A stretch of DNA of 64,000 nucleotides from Myxococcota bacterium (GCA_965228475.1 OZ245817.1:608001-672000), one strand, 5' to 3'. Counted from the stretch's first letter, positions 50,327 through 61,003 are shown. The notes: generated from the sequence alone by a model not told the origin. Translations and numbers: made by a program.

Positions 50327-50673
50327 CTTCTTCCGAGAACTCCTGATTCCGGCCGGAGGGGCATGCTATCAGACCCCCAATTCGGGGGTCAAAGGGTCGC
50401 TCGAGGCGTGCCGGAAGCTTCACGGCGCTGCTTCTTCGTGAGGGTGAACTGCCCGCGGGTTGCACGGAAACGTCGTTCGGCAGGGGCCGGGAGCTTTCGG
50501 CGGCGGGGCCCTCTCCCCGCTTGCGAGCTGCCGGTCCCGGCGACTAACCTGCGCCCCAACCGAACTTCACTGGCAGCACCGACGCAGGCACGCCCTTTTC
50601 CCCCGGGGGTGCATCACCTCCCCGGCCGTTCCCACCACTCACGGTCGAGCCGCGTCGCGCTCCAGGAGATCGT

Positions 50674-51219
50674 ATGAGTCGCTGGCATCTCGTGTTCGTG
50701 GCCCTCTGGGCCCTGGGCCTGACGATGAGAGGGCCCGTTCTGGAGCCGACCCCCGCCGTTTCCGCGGGGGCCGAGAGCGCCGCCGTGGCGCCGCTCGATG
50801 CCGAGGGCGTCGCCCGGATCATGGGCGAGTGGAACCCGGGCCTCTCCCCGGTGGAGCGCGAGCGCATCGGCGATGCCGTCATGCGCTGCAACGAGCAGCA
50901 CGGCCTCGACCCGACCCTGGTGACCGGCCTCATCTGGGTGGAGAGCCGCGGGCGGCCCTGGGCGCGCAGCAACAAGGGCGCGCTCGGCCTGATGCAGGTG
51001 ATGCCGTACATGTCCGGGCCCATGGGCCTGGCCGGCAACTCCACCACGATCGAATCGAACGTCGCCGCCGGCTGCCGGATCCTCGCCGAGAACATCGAGC
51101 GCCTCGGCCTCGAGGACGGGGTCTCGGCGTACTTCTGGGGCGGCAACATCCGCAACGCGAACTACCTGAACAAGGTGATGAGCGCGCGCCAGCGGATCCT
51201 CGACGAGGTCTCGTCCTAG
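50674..51219 (+). CDS. lytic transglycosylase (SLT domain)
   Basis: AGGAG RBS; IWVES, GALGLMQVMP, NVAAG. Confidence 0.9.
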   Translation: MSRWHLVFVALWALGLTMRGPVLEPTPAVSAGAESAAVAPLDAEGVARIMGEWNPGLSPVERERIGDAVMRCNEQHGLDPTLVTGLIWVESRGRPWARSNKGALGLMQVMPYMSGPMGLAGNSTTIESNVAAGCRILAENIERLGLEDGVSAYFWGGNIRNANYLNKVMSARQRILDEVSS

Positions 51220-51243
51220 CGGGACGAGGTCTCGTCCTAGCGG
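51202..51243. repeat. 21-bp exact tandem duplication spanning the SLT stop codon
   Basis: GACGAGGTCTCGTCCTAGCGG x2. Confidence 0.95.
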
Positions 51244-51296
51244 GCCTTCCGCCTCCGGCGTAGCGCGACGCGAACCGCGTCGGTTAGCCTCGCCCC

Positions 51297-52148
51297 GTGT
51301 CCCAGCAAGCCGTGAAGCGCCGCGAGTCCCATCTCGAAGGAGCGGGGGGCGTGCGCCTGCACCGCCGTTCCTGGCGGCCGGAGGCCCCGCGCGCCGCTCT
51401 CCTCCTGGTCCACGGCTACGCCGAGCACTCGGCCCGCTACGACCACGTCGGCCACTGGTTCGCCGAGCGCGGCTTCGCCGTCCACGGTTACGACCACCGC
51501 GGCCACGGGCGCTCGGACGGCCCGGTCTGCCACGTCGACCGCTTCGACGAGTTCCTCGACGATCTCGCCCGCATGCTCGCCGCCGTCCGCGAAGAGGAGC
51601 CGGGCCGCCCGATCTTCCTCGTCGCCCACAGCATGGGCGGGCTCATCGCGAGCGCCTTCCTGCGGGAGCGCCAGCCGGACGTCGCCGGTGCGGTCCTCTC
51701 GGGGCCGGCCCTCGGGTTGAGCGACGAGATGCCGACCTGGCGCAAGGTCATCGTGAAGTTCCTCCGCCGCGTGACGCCGAAGCTCGCCCTGCCGAGCGGG
51801 CTCCCCGTCGACGGGATCTCTCGGGATCCGGAGGTCGTGCGGCGCTACCAGGCCGACCCGCTCGTGCACTCTACGATGACGAGCTCCTTCGCGGTCGAGA
51901 TGGTGGCCGCCGTCGAGCGCACCGGCGCCGGGGGCGCGGACGTGCGCGTCCCGGTCCTGCTCCTCCACGGCGAGGCGGATCGACTCTGTCCGGTGGACGC
52001 GAGCCGCACCTTCGCCGCCGCGCTCGTGACCGAGGGCTCGGAGATCAAGACCTACCCCGAGCTCTACCACGAGATCTTCAACGAGCCCGAGCAGGAGGCC
52101 GTGTTCGCCGACGCCCTGGCCTGGCTCGAGAAACGTCTCGCCGGATGA
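51297..52148 (+). CDS. lysophospholipase/monoacylglycerol lipase-like alpha/beta hydrolase
   Basis: VHGYAEHSARY, DHRGHGRS, AHSMGG, HGEAD, YHEIFNEPE. Confidence 0.92.
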   Translation: MSQQAVKRRESHLEGAGGVRLHRRSWRPEAPRAALLLVHGYAEHSARYDHVGHWFAERGFAVHGYDHRGHGRSDGPVCHVDRFDEFLDDLARMLAAVREEEPGRPIFLVAHSMGGLIASAFLRERQPDVAGAVLSGPALGLSDEMPTWRKVIVKFLRRVTPKLALPSGLPVDGISRDPEVVRRYQADPLVHSTMTSSFAVEMVAAVERTGAGGADVRVPVLLLHGEADRLCPVDASRTFAAALVTEGSEIKTYPELYHEIFNEPEQEAVFADALAWLEKRLAG

Positions 52149-52636
52149 GCCAGCGACTCACCCATCTCGATGAAGAAGGCCGCGCCCGCATGGTCGACGT
52201 CGGCGACAAGCCGGTCACCGCGCGCGAGTGCGTCGCCGACGGCCGCGTGCACATGGCGGCCGAGACCCTCGACGCCATCCGCGAGGGCCGGATCCTCAAG
52301 GGGGACGTCTTCGCCACGGCCCGGCTCGGCGCCATCCAGGCCGCCAAGCGGACCCACGAGTGGATCCCGCTTGCGCACCCGCTGCCGCTCGATTTCCTCG
52401 ACGTCGAGCTCACGCCCGAGCCCGACGCGCCCGGCGGCCCGGCGGTGCGGATCGAGGCGACGGCGCGCGTGGCGGCCCGCACGGGGGTGGAAATGGAGGC
52501 CATGGTGGCGGTCTCCGCCGCGGGGCTCATCATCTACGACATGTGCAAGGCCATCGACCGCGGGATGACGATCGACGCCGTGGGGCTCCTCCGGAAACGC
52601 GGCGGCAAGAGCGGGAATTGGCAAAGGTCCGGATAA
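52145..52636 (+). CDS. moaC: cyclic pyranopterin monophosphate synthase
   Basis: LTHLD..GRARMVDV, KGDV, IPLAHPL, TGVEMEA, YDMCKAID, GGKSG. Confidence 0.96.
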   Translation: MSQRLTHLDEEGRARMVDVGDKPVTARECVADGRVHMAAETLDAIREGRILKGDVFATARLGAIQAAKRTHEWIPLAHPLPLDFLDVELTPEPDAPGGPAVRIEATARVAARTGVEMEAMVAVSAAGLIIYDMCKAIDRGMTIDAVGLLRKRGGKSGNWQRSG

Positions 52637-52650
52637 GCTCGGCCTTTTCC

Positions 52651-52679
52651 GAACTCCTGGCGGGGAGCCGGTGTCCGTA
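52651..52679 (+). promoter_or_regulatory. possible ECF-sigma autoregulatory promoter
   Basis: GAACTC-16 nt-GTCCGTA ending just before the sigma ATG. Confidence 0.3.
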
Positions 52680-52684
52680 GGGGG

Positions 52685-53371
52685 ATGAGCGGTAGCGTGG
52701 GGCAGGAAATCGTGGAGCGAGGCCCGGTTCGCCAATCCGGCGTGCGCGGCGTGGACCGAAATGAGGATCCGGACCGCGAGCTGGTCGCTCGCTGGCACGC
52801 GGGCGATCTGAACGCCTTCGAATCCCTGGTGCGGCGCTATCAGGACCGGGTCTACGGCCTGCTCTACCGCATGCTCGGGAGCGCGGCCGACGCCGAAGAC
52901 GCCTCCCAGGAGACCTTCCTGAACCTCCATCGCCACGGGCATCGCTTCCGCGGCGACGCCCGCTTCTCGACCTTCGTCTACCGCGTGGCGGCCAACACCG
53001 CGCTGAACCGCCGCCGCTCCCTCGGCCGCTCGCGCACGCGCGTCGAGCGGCTCGCCGAGCACCAGGCGACGGGGCACGACCTCCCGCAGGCGCCGCCCGC
53101 GCCGGACCAGGCCACCTTCGGCCGCGAGCTCCGCGAACGCGTGCACGCCGCCCTCGGCGAGCTCCCCGAGAAGCTGCGCATGCCCCTCGTCCTGTTCGAC
53201 ATCGAGGGGCTGCCCTACGCCGAAGTTTCCGAGGTGCTCGGCCTGGCCGAAGGCACCGTCAAATCGAGAATCCACCGAGCCAGGCTTGCGCTCCGGGACC
53301 GGCTGGCGCCGGACCTGGAAGCGCTCCGAGGGGAGAGTGCTGAATCGCTCGGTGCGGAGAGAACGCGATGA
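52685..53371 (+). CDS. ECF RNA polymerase sigma factor (RpoE/SigW-like)
   Basis: DAEDASQETF, FSTFVYRVAAN, EGLPYAEVS..GTVKSRIHRAR. Confidence 0.93.
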   Translation: MSGSVGQEIVERGPVRQSGVRGVDRNEDPDRELVARWHAGDLNAFESLVRRYQDRVYGLLYRMLGSAADAEDASQETFLNLHRHGHRFRGDARFSTFVYRVAANTALNRRRSLGRSRTRVERLAEHQATGHDLPQAPPAPDQATFGRELRERVHAALGELPEKLRMPLVLFDIEGLPYAEVSEVLGLAEGTVKSRIHRARLALRDRLAPDLEALRGESAESLGAERTR

Positions 53372-54318
53372 ACCATCAAGAAGTGCGGAAGCGGATGGGC
53401 GAGTACCTGCAAGGGGACTTGACCTTGAGCCAGCGCGCATTGTTCGACGCCCACCTCGACGGCTGCGAAGCCTGTTCCGGCGAGTTACGGGGCCTGCGCG
53501 ACACCGTCGGGCTGTTACGCGAACTGCCCGGCCCGGAAGTGCCGCCGCACCTGGCGAACCGCGTGATCGCGCGGATCCAGGACGGGGAGGGCCGCGAGCG
53601 CTGGTGGGACGGCCTGGCCGCCTTCTGGGACACGATCGACCCGGCCCGCTACCTGCCGCCGCTCGCCGGGGCGGCCCTGACGACCGCCGTGGTGATCGTC
53701 GGCGTGCGCGACCTCGGCTGGGAGATCCCCGGGCTGTCGGCGCCGGAGCCGACGGGGGCGGAGGTGGCCTCGGTGTTACGGGCCGACGAGGCCGCGCGTT
53801 CGGACGCGGGACGTTCCGACGCGGCTGCCGTGCGGCGGTTCGCCCAGGCACCCGCGGCGGCGGCGCCGGCCGAGCGCCGGCTCGCGCCGGACCGCTCGCC
53901 CAACACGGTGGTGAGCCTGCCGAGCGAGTCGGGCCGGGTCCGGGTCGAGCCCAACCGGGTCCGCGTCGAACCGAACCGGGTGCGAGTCGAGTTCGGCGAC
54001 GCCCCGCTGCGCTTGATCCAGCGCCCGCTCGGCGCCTCGGCCGCCGACGGCCCCGGCGTCGCCTCCCTGGCCGAGGCCTTGTCGCCGGACGATCATCTCG
54101 CCCTGGCGCTCGAGGCCCCGGTCGGCTTCCTGGAGCGGTTCCACGCGGTGGCGCCGGACGGCCGGGACGCCTGGCTCCAGGCGGTGGTCGACCGCGCGCG
54201 GGAGCGCGGGCAGGCGGCCGAAGTTGCCGCCGCGCTGCGCGCGACCGGCGGCGACGAGGCCCACGCCGTGGCCATCCACTTCGAGGCGGCGGCCCAGGCG
54301 GCAGCGCGCGAGCGGTAG
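53368..54318 (+). CDS. zf-HC2 anti-sigma factor with one TM segment
   Basis: ATGA overlap with sigma gene; HLDGCEAC (HxxxCxxC); single TM; RVRVEPN repeats in the extracytoplasmic part. Confidence 0.88.
   Translation: MNHQEVRKRMGEYLQGDLTLSQRALFDAHLDGCEACSGELRGLRDTVGLLRELPGPEVPPHLANRVIARIQDGEGRERWWDGLAAFWDTIDPARYLPPLAGAALTTAVVIVGVRDLGWEIPGLSAPEPTGAEVASVLRADEAARSDAGRSDAAAVRRFAQAPAAAAPAERRLAPDRSPNTVVSLPSESGRVRVEPNRVRVEPNRVRVEFGDAPLRLIQRPLGASAADGPGVASLAEALSPDDHLALALEAPVGFLERFHAVAPDGRDAWLQAVVDRARERGQAAEVAAALRATGGDEAHAVAIHFEAAAQAAARER
53934..53991. repeat. degenerate 21-bp coding repeat x~3 (RVRVEPN)
   Basis: ccgggtccgggtcgagcccaa / ccgggtccgcgtcgaaccgaa / ccgggtgcgagtcgag. Confidence 0.85.
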
Positions 54319-54364
54319 CGGATCCGTCCGGGCCCGCAGCCGTCGTGATATCCTGCGCCCGCCC

Positions 54365-55600
54365 ATGAAGCGCCCCACGAATTCCGTTCTCGCGGCTCTC
54401 GGGTTCGCCCTCGCCGCCTGCGTCGTCTCCGCCGCCGCGGGCCTCGCCGGGCGTGCGGCCGCGGGCGGCGAAGTCGTCCACCTGATGCCCGAGGACAAGG
54501 CCTCCTGGAGCCCCGGGCGCATGTTCGCCTTCCTGCGGCCGGGCCATAACTACGGCGAGCGCACCATCCAGATCGAGACGACCCCCTCGGATGCCGTCCT
54601 CGATCTCTACTACGTGCGCGCGGGCTTCCAGAAGCGCTACGAGCAGGCCGAAGCGCCGGCCACCGTGGTGCTTCCTCGCCGGGTCGAGGCCACCGGCCGC
54701 GACACCGTGACGATTCGCGCCTCGGCCGAGGGCTACAAGGCACGCGAGGTCACCCTGCGCGTGCGGGGGTCCGAGGACGAACTCCTGCTCGAGCTCGATC
54801 CGCTCGCGAACGTCCTGTACTCCGTCGAGCACAGCTACTTCGGCGGGCGCGGCTCGCTCTCGTTCCTGACGAAGGAAGCGCCCCAGGTCCGCATGCAGAA
54901 GGGCAAGCGCTCCTTCCAGGTCGCCCTCCACGAGACCGCGCGCGGCGAGACCCTCGAACGGGACTTCGGCCAGGTGAAGAGCCCGCTCGTCGGCGCCATG
55001 GCGAGCCAGCAGGCGGGCGACGACCTGATGGTGCGCGTCGCCTTCGCGAAGGAGAGCGACCCGAGCGCCTACGAGCTGCGCTCCCGGCAGAGCCACGACC
55101 CGATCTCCGACCAGTACCGCTACACGGTCGACTTCGTGCCCGCCGACGGCGGCGCCGAGGCGATCGAGCGGGCCAAGGGCGCCCTCGACCGCATCTCGCG
55201 CAAGGACGTCGGCGCGTGTGCCCTGGTGTTCGACGAGACCCTGCGCGGCGCGCTCGAGCCCGCGTCCCTCGCCCGCGCGCTCACGCCGCGCGGTGCCTTC
55301 ACGGACCGCTTCCTGCGCGCCGCCATGAAGCGGCTCGGCCAGCTCGACGACGCCGGGCGCGTCCGTATGATCGACGGCTCGGAGTACGCGACGCACAACC
55401 CGCTCGAGCTCTCGGCGGCGATGAGCCAGGCGTCCCAGGCCCGCGGCTTCCTCGCGGTGCTGCGCGCCTTCGTGGCTGGCCTCGAGCCCGAGGGGCAGCG
55501 CGCGACGTCCCTGCGCAGCCTCGTGGCCCCGGACCTCGGCGCGGCGGAGTTCGCTGCGCTCGTCGAGGCCGCGGAAGCGAAGGAAGCCGCCTGCCGCTAG
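54365..55600 (+). CDS. hypothetical exported protein (beta-rich N-half, helical C-half)
   Basis: Signal peptide; long ORF with host codon usage; IRASAEGYK PEGA-like segment. Confidence 0.72.
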   Translation: MKRPTNSVLAALGFALAACVVSAAAGLAGRAAAGGEVVHLMPEDKASWSPGRMFAFLRPGHNYGERTIQIETTPSDAVLDLYYVRAGFQKRYEQAEAPATVVLPRRVEATGRDTVTIRASAEGYKAREVTLRVRGSEDELLLELDPLANVLYSVEHSYFGGRGSLSFLTKEAPQVRMQKGKRSFQVALHETARGETLERDFGQVKSPLVGAMASQQAGDDLMVRVAFAKESDPSAYELRSRQSHDPISDQYRYTVDFVPADGGAEAIERAKGALDRISRKDVGACALVFDETLRGALEPASLARALTPRGAFTDRFLRAAMKRLGQLDDAGRVRMIDGSEYATHNPLELSAAMSQASQARGFLAVLRAFVAGLEPEGQRATSLRSLVAPDLGAAEFAALVEAAEAKEAACR

Positions 55601-55751
55601 CGCGCCGCAGCGACGGGCTAGGGCGCCGTGGCAACGGGCCCTCGAAGCGAACGCCGCGTCACGCTCGCGACCGAAAGGTGCGAACCCGCGCGTCGCGCCG
55701 AAGCCCACGGCGCTAGACTCCCCGGACCCTGCCGGTCCCGGCGGAGTCTCC

Positions 55752-56459
55752 ATGGAAAAGCCCGCCCTCGACGGCCCTCGCGAACGGCTGCAACGCGTCG
55801 GCGTCGAGGCCCTCTCGGACGCCGAGCTCGTCGCGCTGCTCCTGCGCACGGGCGCCGGGGGCACCGGAGCGCTCGCCGCCGCCGGCACGCTGCTCGCCGC
55901 CCGCGGAGGCCTGCGAGGGCTCCTCGCCCGCAATCTGCGCGAGCTGCAGAGCCAGCCGGGTCTCGGGCCCGCCAAGGCCGCGAGCATCGTCGCCGCCCTC
56001 GAGATCGGCCGCCGCGTGGCGACGCGGCGCCTCGAGCCCGGCACGAGCATCACCGGTCCGGCCGACGTCTTCCGCCACTTCCATCCGCGCCTGCGCGACG
56101 CCTCGCGCGAGCGCTTCCTCACGCTCCACCTCGACGGGCGGCACCGCGTGCTCGGGGAGGCAGAGGTCTCGCGCGGAACCCTGACGGCGAGCCTCGTCCA
56201 CCCGCGCGAGGTCTTCCGCCCGGCCCTGCGCGCGGGAGCCGCGGCCCTGATCGTCGTCCACAACCATCCGAGCGGGGACCCGACGCCGAGCCTCGAGGAC
56301 CACCGCGTCACCCAGCGCCTGTGCGAGGCCGGCGAGCTGCTCGGCATCCCGCTCCTCGACCACGTGGTCGTGGCCGAACGGGGCTACCGCAGCCTGAAGG
56401 ACGCGGCTGGCCAGAGCGAGTCAGGCCGGCCGGAGGTGCGAGCTAGGGAGAACCCCTGA
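55752..56459 (+). CDS. radC: RadC/JAB domain protein
   Basis: PRERL..G..ALSDAEL, GLGPAKA HhH, VHPREVF, HNHPSGDPTPS.ED, LLDHVV. Confidence 0.95.
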   Translation: MEKPALDGPRERLQRVGVEALSDAELVALLLRTGAGGTGALAAAGTLLAARGGLRGLLARNLRELQSQPGLGPAKAASIVAALEIGRRVATRRLEPGTSITGPADVFRHFHPRLRDASRERFLTLHLDGRHRVLGEAEVSRGTLTASLVHPREVFRPALRAGAAALIVVHNHPSGDPTPSLEDHRVTQRLCEAGELLGIPLLDHVVVAERGYRSLKDAAGQSESGRPEVRARENP

Positions 56460-56507
56460 GGTGGCGAGAAACTAAGGAGCACCCCGGGTCCGGTCGATCA
56501 GGACGTC

Positions 56508-56864
56508 ATGGACGACGGAGTCACGAGCCAGGGGGCCGAACGCCGCAAGGCACCGCGGACGGCCGCGGTGATCCCGGTGGACTACTCCACCGTGGACGAG
56601 TTCTTCTCCGAGTTCACGACGAACATCAACGAAGGCGGAATGTTCGTCGGCACCGAGAACCCGCACGAGATCGATACGGTCGTCACCCTGCGCTTCCAGC
56701 TGCCGGGCGCCGCCGAGCCGTGCGAGGTGCAGGGCCGCGTGGTCTGGATCCGCGAGCAGGCGGACGAAGAGGGCCCGCGCGGCATGGGCATCGAGTTCGA
56801 GCAGCTCGACGCCACGGCGAACTCGCGCATCAACGAGCTCGTCCGGTCTCTCCGAACGATCTGA
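56508..56864 (+). CDS. single PilZ domain protein (Myxococcus TIGR02266-like)
   Basis: ERRKAPR, NINEGGMFV, GRVVW, GMGIEF. Confidence 0.88.
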   Translation: MDDGVTSQGAERRKAPRTAAVIPVDYSTVDEFFSEFTTNINEGGMFVGTENPHEIDTVVTLRFQLPGAAEPCEVQGRVVWIREQADEEGPRGMGIEFEQLDATANSRINELVRSLRTI

Positions 56865-56883
56865 TCCCGAGGGCGGGATTTCC

Positions 56884-57297
<414 letters not shown>

Positions 57298-57330
57298 GGG
57301 GAGTCTCCATCCATTCGTTGGGGTCGAACG

Positions 57331-57359
57331 ATGATCCCGCCGGCCCGGTGTGAAGTCAA
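57331..57359 (-). promoter_or_regulatory. putative sigma70 promoter of ssb
   Basis: Minus strand TTGACT-17 nt-GATCAT. Confidence 0.4.
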
Positions 57360-57596
57360 TGCGCCCACCGGCCTGGGGACCAACGAATAACTTCGTTTCG
57401 GGAACGCGAGCGCACGCATCCGACCGTCGGGAGAAACGACGTTCTCCGTCGCTGGCGCTCCCCGTCCGGCGCGCCGCGGGTGGTTGCGTTCAAACGGCGG
57501 ATCACTACTCTCAAGGCTTGGACGTATTGCGTCCCCATGGGGGGTGGGACGTGACTCCGATGCAGATCTACACGAACGCGTTGCCGGGCCTTCGCC

Positions 57597-60080
57597 GTGG
57601 CTAAGGCCGCCGCCGCGCGTCGACGTCGAAGCGCAGCGTCCGCCGAGAGCGACGGGCCGTCGCTCGGGGTGTGGGCGGAGGTCAGTGGCGTCGGCCTGAT
57701 CCTGCTCGCCATGCTGGCGGCGCTCGCCCTCTCGACCTACCAGCCGAACGACCCGCTCTTCATGCTCGGCGAGGTCGAGAACCGCGCGGGCGTGGTCGGC
57801 GCCCACATCGCGGCGCTCCTGCAGCGTGGCTTCGGCTGGGGCTCGCTCGTCCTCGTGGCGGGGGTCGGCGTGGTCGGCGTCCGGCTGCTGCTCGGGCGCG
57901 GCGTGGCCGGCGTCGCGAGCCGGACCTGGGTGGGGACGGCGCTCGCGGTCGTGGCCCTGGCGGCCCTGCCGCCGCTGGTCGAGGTCGTGCGCCCTGGGCT
58001 CGTGCCCCACGCCGACGGCGGAAGCGTCGGCACCTGGCTCGCCGCCGGCGAGCGGACTCTCTTCAGCGTCTGGGGTGCGCTCCTCCTGAACGGCGTGCTG
58101 CTGTTCGTCGGCCTGCTCTGCCTGCTCGGCATCGCGACCGGCTCGGCCGTCGAGGTCGTGGCGAAGGGGGTGGGCTGGCTCGGGGCCGGGCTCGGCATGC
58201 TGGCCGCGAGCCTGTGGGCCGGCGTCCTGGCCACGGGCGGCGTGCTCGCCGAGGGCTGGCGCGGGTTCCGGGCAGGCGTTCAGGAGCTTGCGGCGGCCCT
58301 TCGCCGTGGCGTCCAGGCCGGGGTGGTCTGGCGGGCGCGCCGGGCCCGCAAGGCCGAGCTCGCTCCGGCCGCCGGGCCGGCGCTCGAGGACGCCGAGTTC
58401 GAGGCGGGCGCCATCGACGTCGGCGCGGACCCGGCCAAGCTCGCGGTGCCGAAGGCCAAGCCGGCGCCGGTCGGCCGCCCGAAGGCCCCCGGCGAGCTCG
58501 AGATCGTCGACCACGACGCCGAGCGCGAATCGAAGAAGAAGCCCGAGCAGGAAGCCTTCACCTTCGCCGACCGCCCGACCAACCGGCCGTGGGTGGCGCC
58601 CGAGATCGACCTCTTCCACCCGCCGCCGTCCTCGCGGCGCAAGATCGATCCCGAGAGCCTGACGATGAACGCCAGGATCCTCGAGAAGAAGCTCTCGGAC
58701 TTCGGCGTCTCCGGCAGCGTGCTCAAGGTGCACCCGGGCCCGGTCATCACGATGTACGAGTTCGAGCCGGCGTCCGGCGTGAAGGTCGGCAAGATCGTCG
58801 GGCTCTCGGACGATCTCGCCCTGGCGCTGCGCGCGCTCTCGGTGCGGATCATCGCGCCGCTGCCCGGCAAGAGCGTGGTCGGCATCGAGGTCTCGAACGC
58901 CGAGCGCGAGACCGTCTACCTGCGGGAGCTGCTCGAGAGCGAAGGCTTCCGCAACGCGGCCGGCCGGCTCACCCTGGCCCTCGGCAAGGACATCTTTGGC
59001 AACCCCGTCGAGGCGAACCTCGCCCGGATGCCGCACCTGCTCGTCGCGGGCGCCACGGGCACGGGCAAGAGCGTCTTCCTGAACTCGCTGCTCTGCTCGC
59101 TCCTCTTCCGCACTTCGCCGGACGACCTGAAGCTCCTCTTGATCGACCCGAAGCTCCTCGAACTCTCGATCTACGAAGGCATCCCCCACCTGATCGCCGA
59201 CGTGGTGACGAACCCGAAGCGGGCGGCGGGCGCGCTCGCGGGCATCGTCCAGAAGATGATCGAGCGCTACGAGATGATGGCCGCGATCGGCGTGCGCAGC
59301 ATCGACCAGTTCAACGAGCGCTCGGCCGAGGCGATCGCCGCCGGCGAGACCCACTTCAAGCTGAAGAAGAAGCCCGGCGAGGAAGAGCCGCGCGAAGCGG
59401 AGTGGACGCACCTGCCGTACATCGTGGTCGTCGTCGACGAGCTCGCGGACCTCATGGTCGTGTGCGCGCGCGACGTCGAGGAGGCGCTGCAGCGGCTCGC
59501 GCAGATGGCGCGTGCGGCCGGCATCCACCTCGTGCTCGCCACCCAGCGCCCGAGCGTCGACGTCCTCACCGGCGTGATCAAGGCGAACTTCCCGGCACGC
59601 ATCAGCTTCCAGGTCTCCTCGCGGACGGACTCGCGCACCATCCTCGACCAGAACGGCGCGGACAACCTGCTCGGCAACGGTGACATGCTGTTCCTGCCGC
59701 CGGGGACGTCGAAGCTCCAGCGCGTGCACGGCGCCTTCGTCACCGAGAAGGAGGTGACGGCGCTCGTCGAGTCCCTGCGCGAACAGGGCGCGCCCGAGTT
59801 CGACGAGACGATCATCCGCATGAAGGAAGAGAGCGAGGCCGGCACGCTCGGCGGCGGCGGCGAGGAGGGCGCGAGCGACGGCGACGAGCTCTACGACCGC
59901 GGCGTTGCCATCGTCACCGAGACGCGCAACGCCTCGATCTCGTATCTCCAGCGCCGGCTCAAGATCGGTTACAACCGCGCGGCGCGGATGATCGAGGAGA
60001 TGGAGGAGCAGGGCGTCGTCGGGCCGAACGAGGGCACGAAGGGCCGCCAGGTGCTCGTCCAGGGGATCCCGGCGGAGTGA
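57597..60080 (+). CDS. ftsK: DNA translocase FtsK
   Basis: N-terminal TMs; GPVITMYE, PHLLVAGATGTGKS, VVDELADLM, ATQRPSVDV, QRRLKIGYNRAAR gamma domain. Confidence 0.97.
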   Translation: MAKAAAARRRRSAASAESDGPSLGVWAEVSGVGLILLAMLAALALSTYQPNDPLFMLGEVENRAGVVGAHIAALLQRGFGWGSLVLVAGVGVVGVRLLLGRGVAGVASRTWVGTALAVVALAALPPLVEVVRPGLVPHADGGSVGTWLAAGERTLFSVWGALLLNGVLLFVGLLCLLGIATGSAVEVVAKGVGWLGAGLGMLAASLWAGVLATGGVLAEGWRGFRAGVQELAAALRRGVQAGVVWRARRARKAELAPAAGPALEDAEFEAGAIDVGADPAKLAVPKAKPAPVGRPKAPGELEIVDHDAERESKKKPEQEAFTFADRPTNRPWVAPEIDLFHPPPSSRRKIDPESLTMNARILEKKLSDFGVSGSVLKVHPGPVITMYEFEPASGVKVGKIVGLSDDLALALRALSVRIIAPLPGKSVVGIEVSNAERETVYLRELLESEGFRNAAGRLTLALGKDIFGNPVEANLARMPHLLVAGATGTGKSVFLNSLLCSLLFRTSPDDLKLLLIDPKLLELSIYEGIPHLIADVVTNPKRAAGALAGIVQKMIERYEMMAAIGVRSIDQFNERSAEAIAAGETHFKLKKKPGEEEPREAEWTHLPYIVVVVDELADLMVVCARDVEEALQRLAQMARAAGIHLVLATQRPSVDVLTGVIKANFPARISFQVSSRTDSRTILDQNGADNLLGNGDMLFLPPGTSKLQRVHGAFVTEKEVTALVESLREQGAPEFDETIIRMKEESEAGTLGGGGEEGASDGDELYDRGVAIVTETRNASISYLQRRLKIGYNRAARMIEEMEEQGVVGPNEGTKGRQVLVQGIPAE

Positions 60081-60178
60081 ACACCGCGCGAAGGCCGAGT
60101 GAAACGCGCGAATCCCCGGCCGAAGCCGGCGGATCCCCGGGGTCGAATCCTTTCCCGGGCCCGGGCGTCCAACAGTTG

Positions 60179-61003
60179 ATGCGCAATTTCAAGACGACTC
60201 TCCTGCTGGCCGTCTTCGCCCTGGCGGTGCCGACCGTCGTGGCGGACGGCGTCGACGACGCCGGAGCCTTCGAGGTGCCGGCCGAGGCGCCCGCCGCCGA
60301 TCCGATCGTCGAAGCTCCCGCGGCCGACCTGCCGGTGGCGGAGGAACCCGAGGCGGACGCTCCCCTCGAGACGGCTGCGGCGCAGCCGCCCGCCGAGACC
60401 GACTGCGCCGCGGACACGGCCCGGCAGGTCCAGGCCTACTACGAGTCCGTGAAGGATCTGCGTGCGGCCTTCCGCCAGACGCGTCAGAGCGCCGGCGGTG
60501 CCGAGCCCGCGCGCGAAGGCACCGTGGTGCTCGCGAAGCCCGGGCGCATGCGCTGGGCCTACGAGAAGCCCGAACCGAGCCTGCTCGTGACCGACGGCCG
60601 GGTGCTCTGGATGTACGACCCGCTGCTCGAGGAGGCCCAGCGCCTGCCCGACGCCGGCGGCGTCATGTCGGGCGCCGCGGTGGAGTTCCTGATGGGGCAG
60701 GGCGACCTGCTGGCGAGCTTCGAGGTCTCCGTCGACGATTGCGGGGCGAAGCCGCGGGTCCTGCGCATGCTGCCCCGCAAGGACGCGGGCTACGAGCGGC
60801 TCGCCCTCGAGGTCGACCCGGCCGACGGCCGCGTCGAGTCGAGCACCGTGACCGATCTCTTCGGCAACCGGACGCGCGTGGTCTTCGAAGGCGTCCGGAC
60901 GAACACCGGGCCCGAGGCCGCGCTCTTCCGGTTCTCGCCTCCGGAGGGCGTCGAGGTCTTCGATCTGACGGTGCCCTCGGGCGCCCAGGGGACGGCTCCG
61001 TGA
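60179..61003 (+). CDS. lolA: outer membrane lipoprotein carrier protein with acidic N-terminal extension
   Basis: Signal peptide; AAFRQ, KPGRMRWAY, LVTDGRVLWMYDP, DLFGN, FRFSPPEGV; follows ftsK. Confidence 0.88.
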   Translation: MRNFKTTLLLAVFALAVPTVVADGVDDAGAFEVPAEAPAADPIVEAPAADLPVAEEPEADAPLETAAAQPPAETDCAADTARQVQAYYESVKDLRAAFRQTRQSAGGAEPAREGTVVLAKPGRMRWAYEKPEPSLLVTDGRVLWMYDPLLEEAQRLPDAGGVMSGAAVEFLMGQGDLLASFEVSVDDCGAKPRVLRMLPRKDAGYERLALEVDPADGRVESSTVTDLFGNRTRVVFEGVRTNTGPEAALFRFSPPEGVEVFDLTVPSGAQGTAP

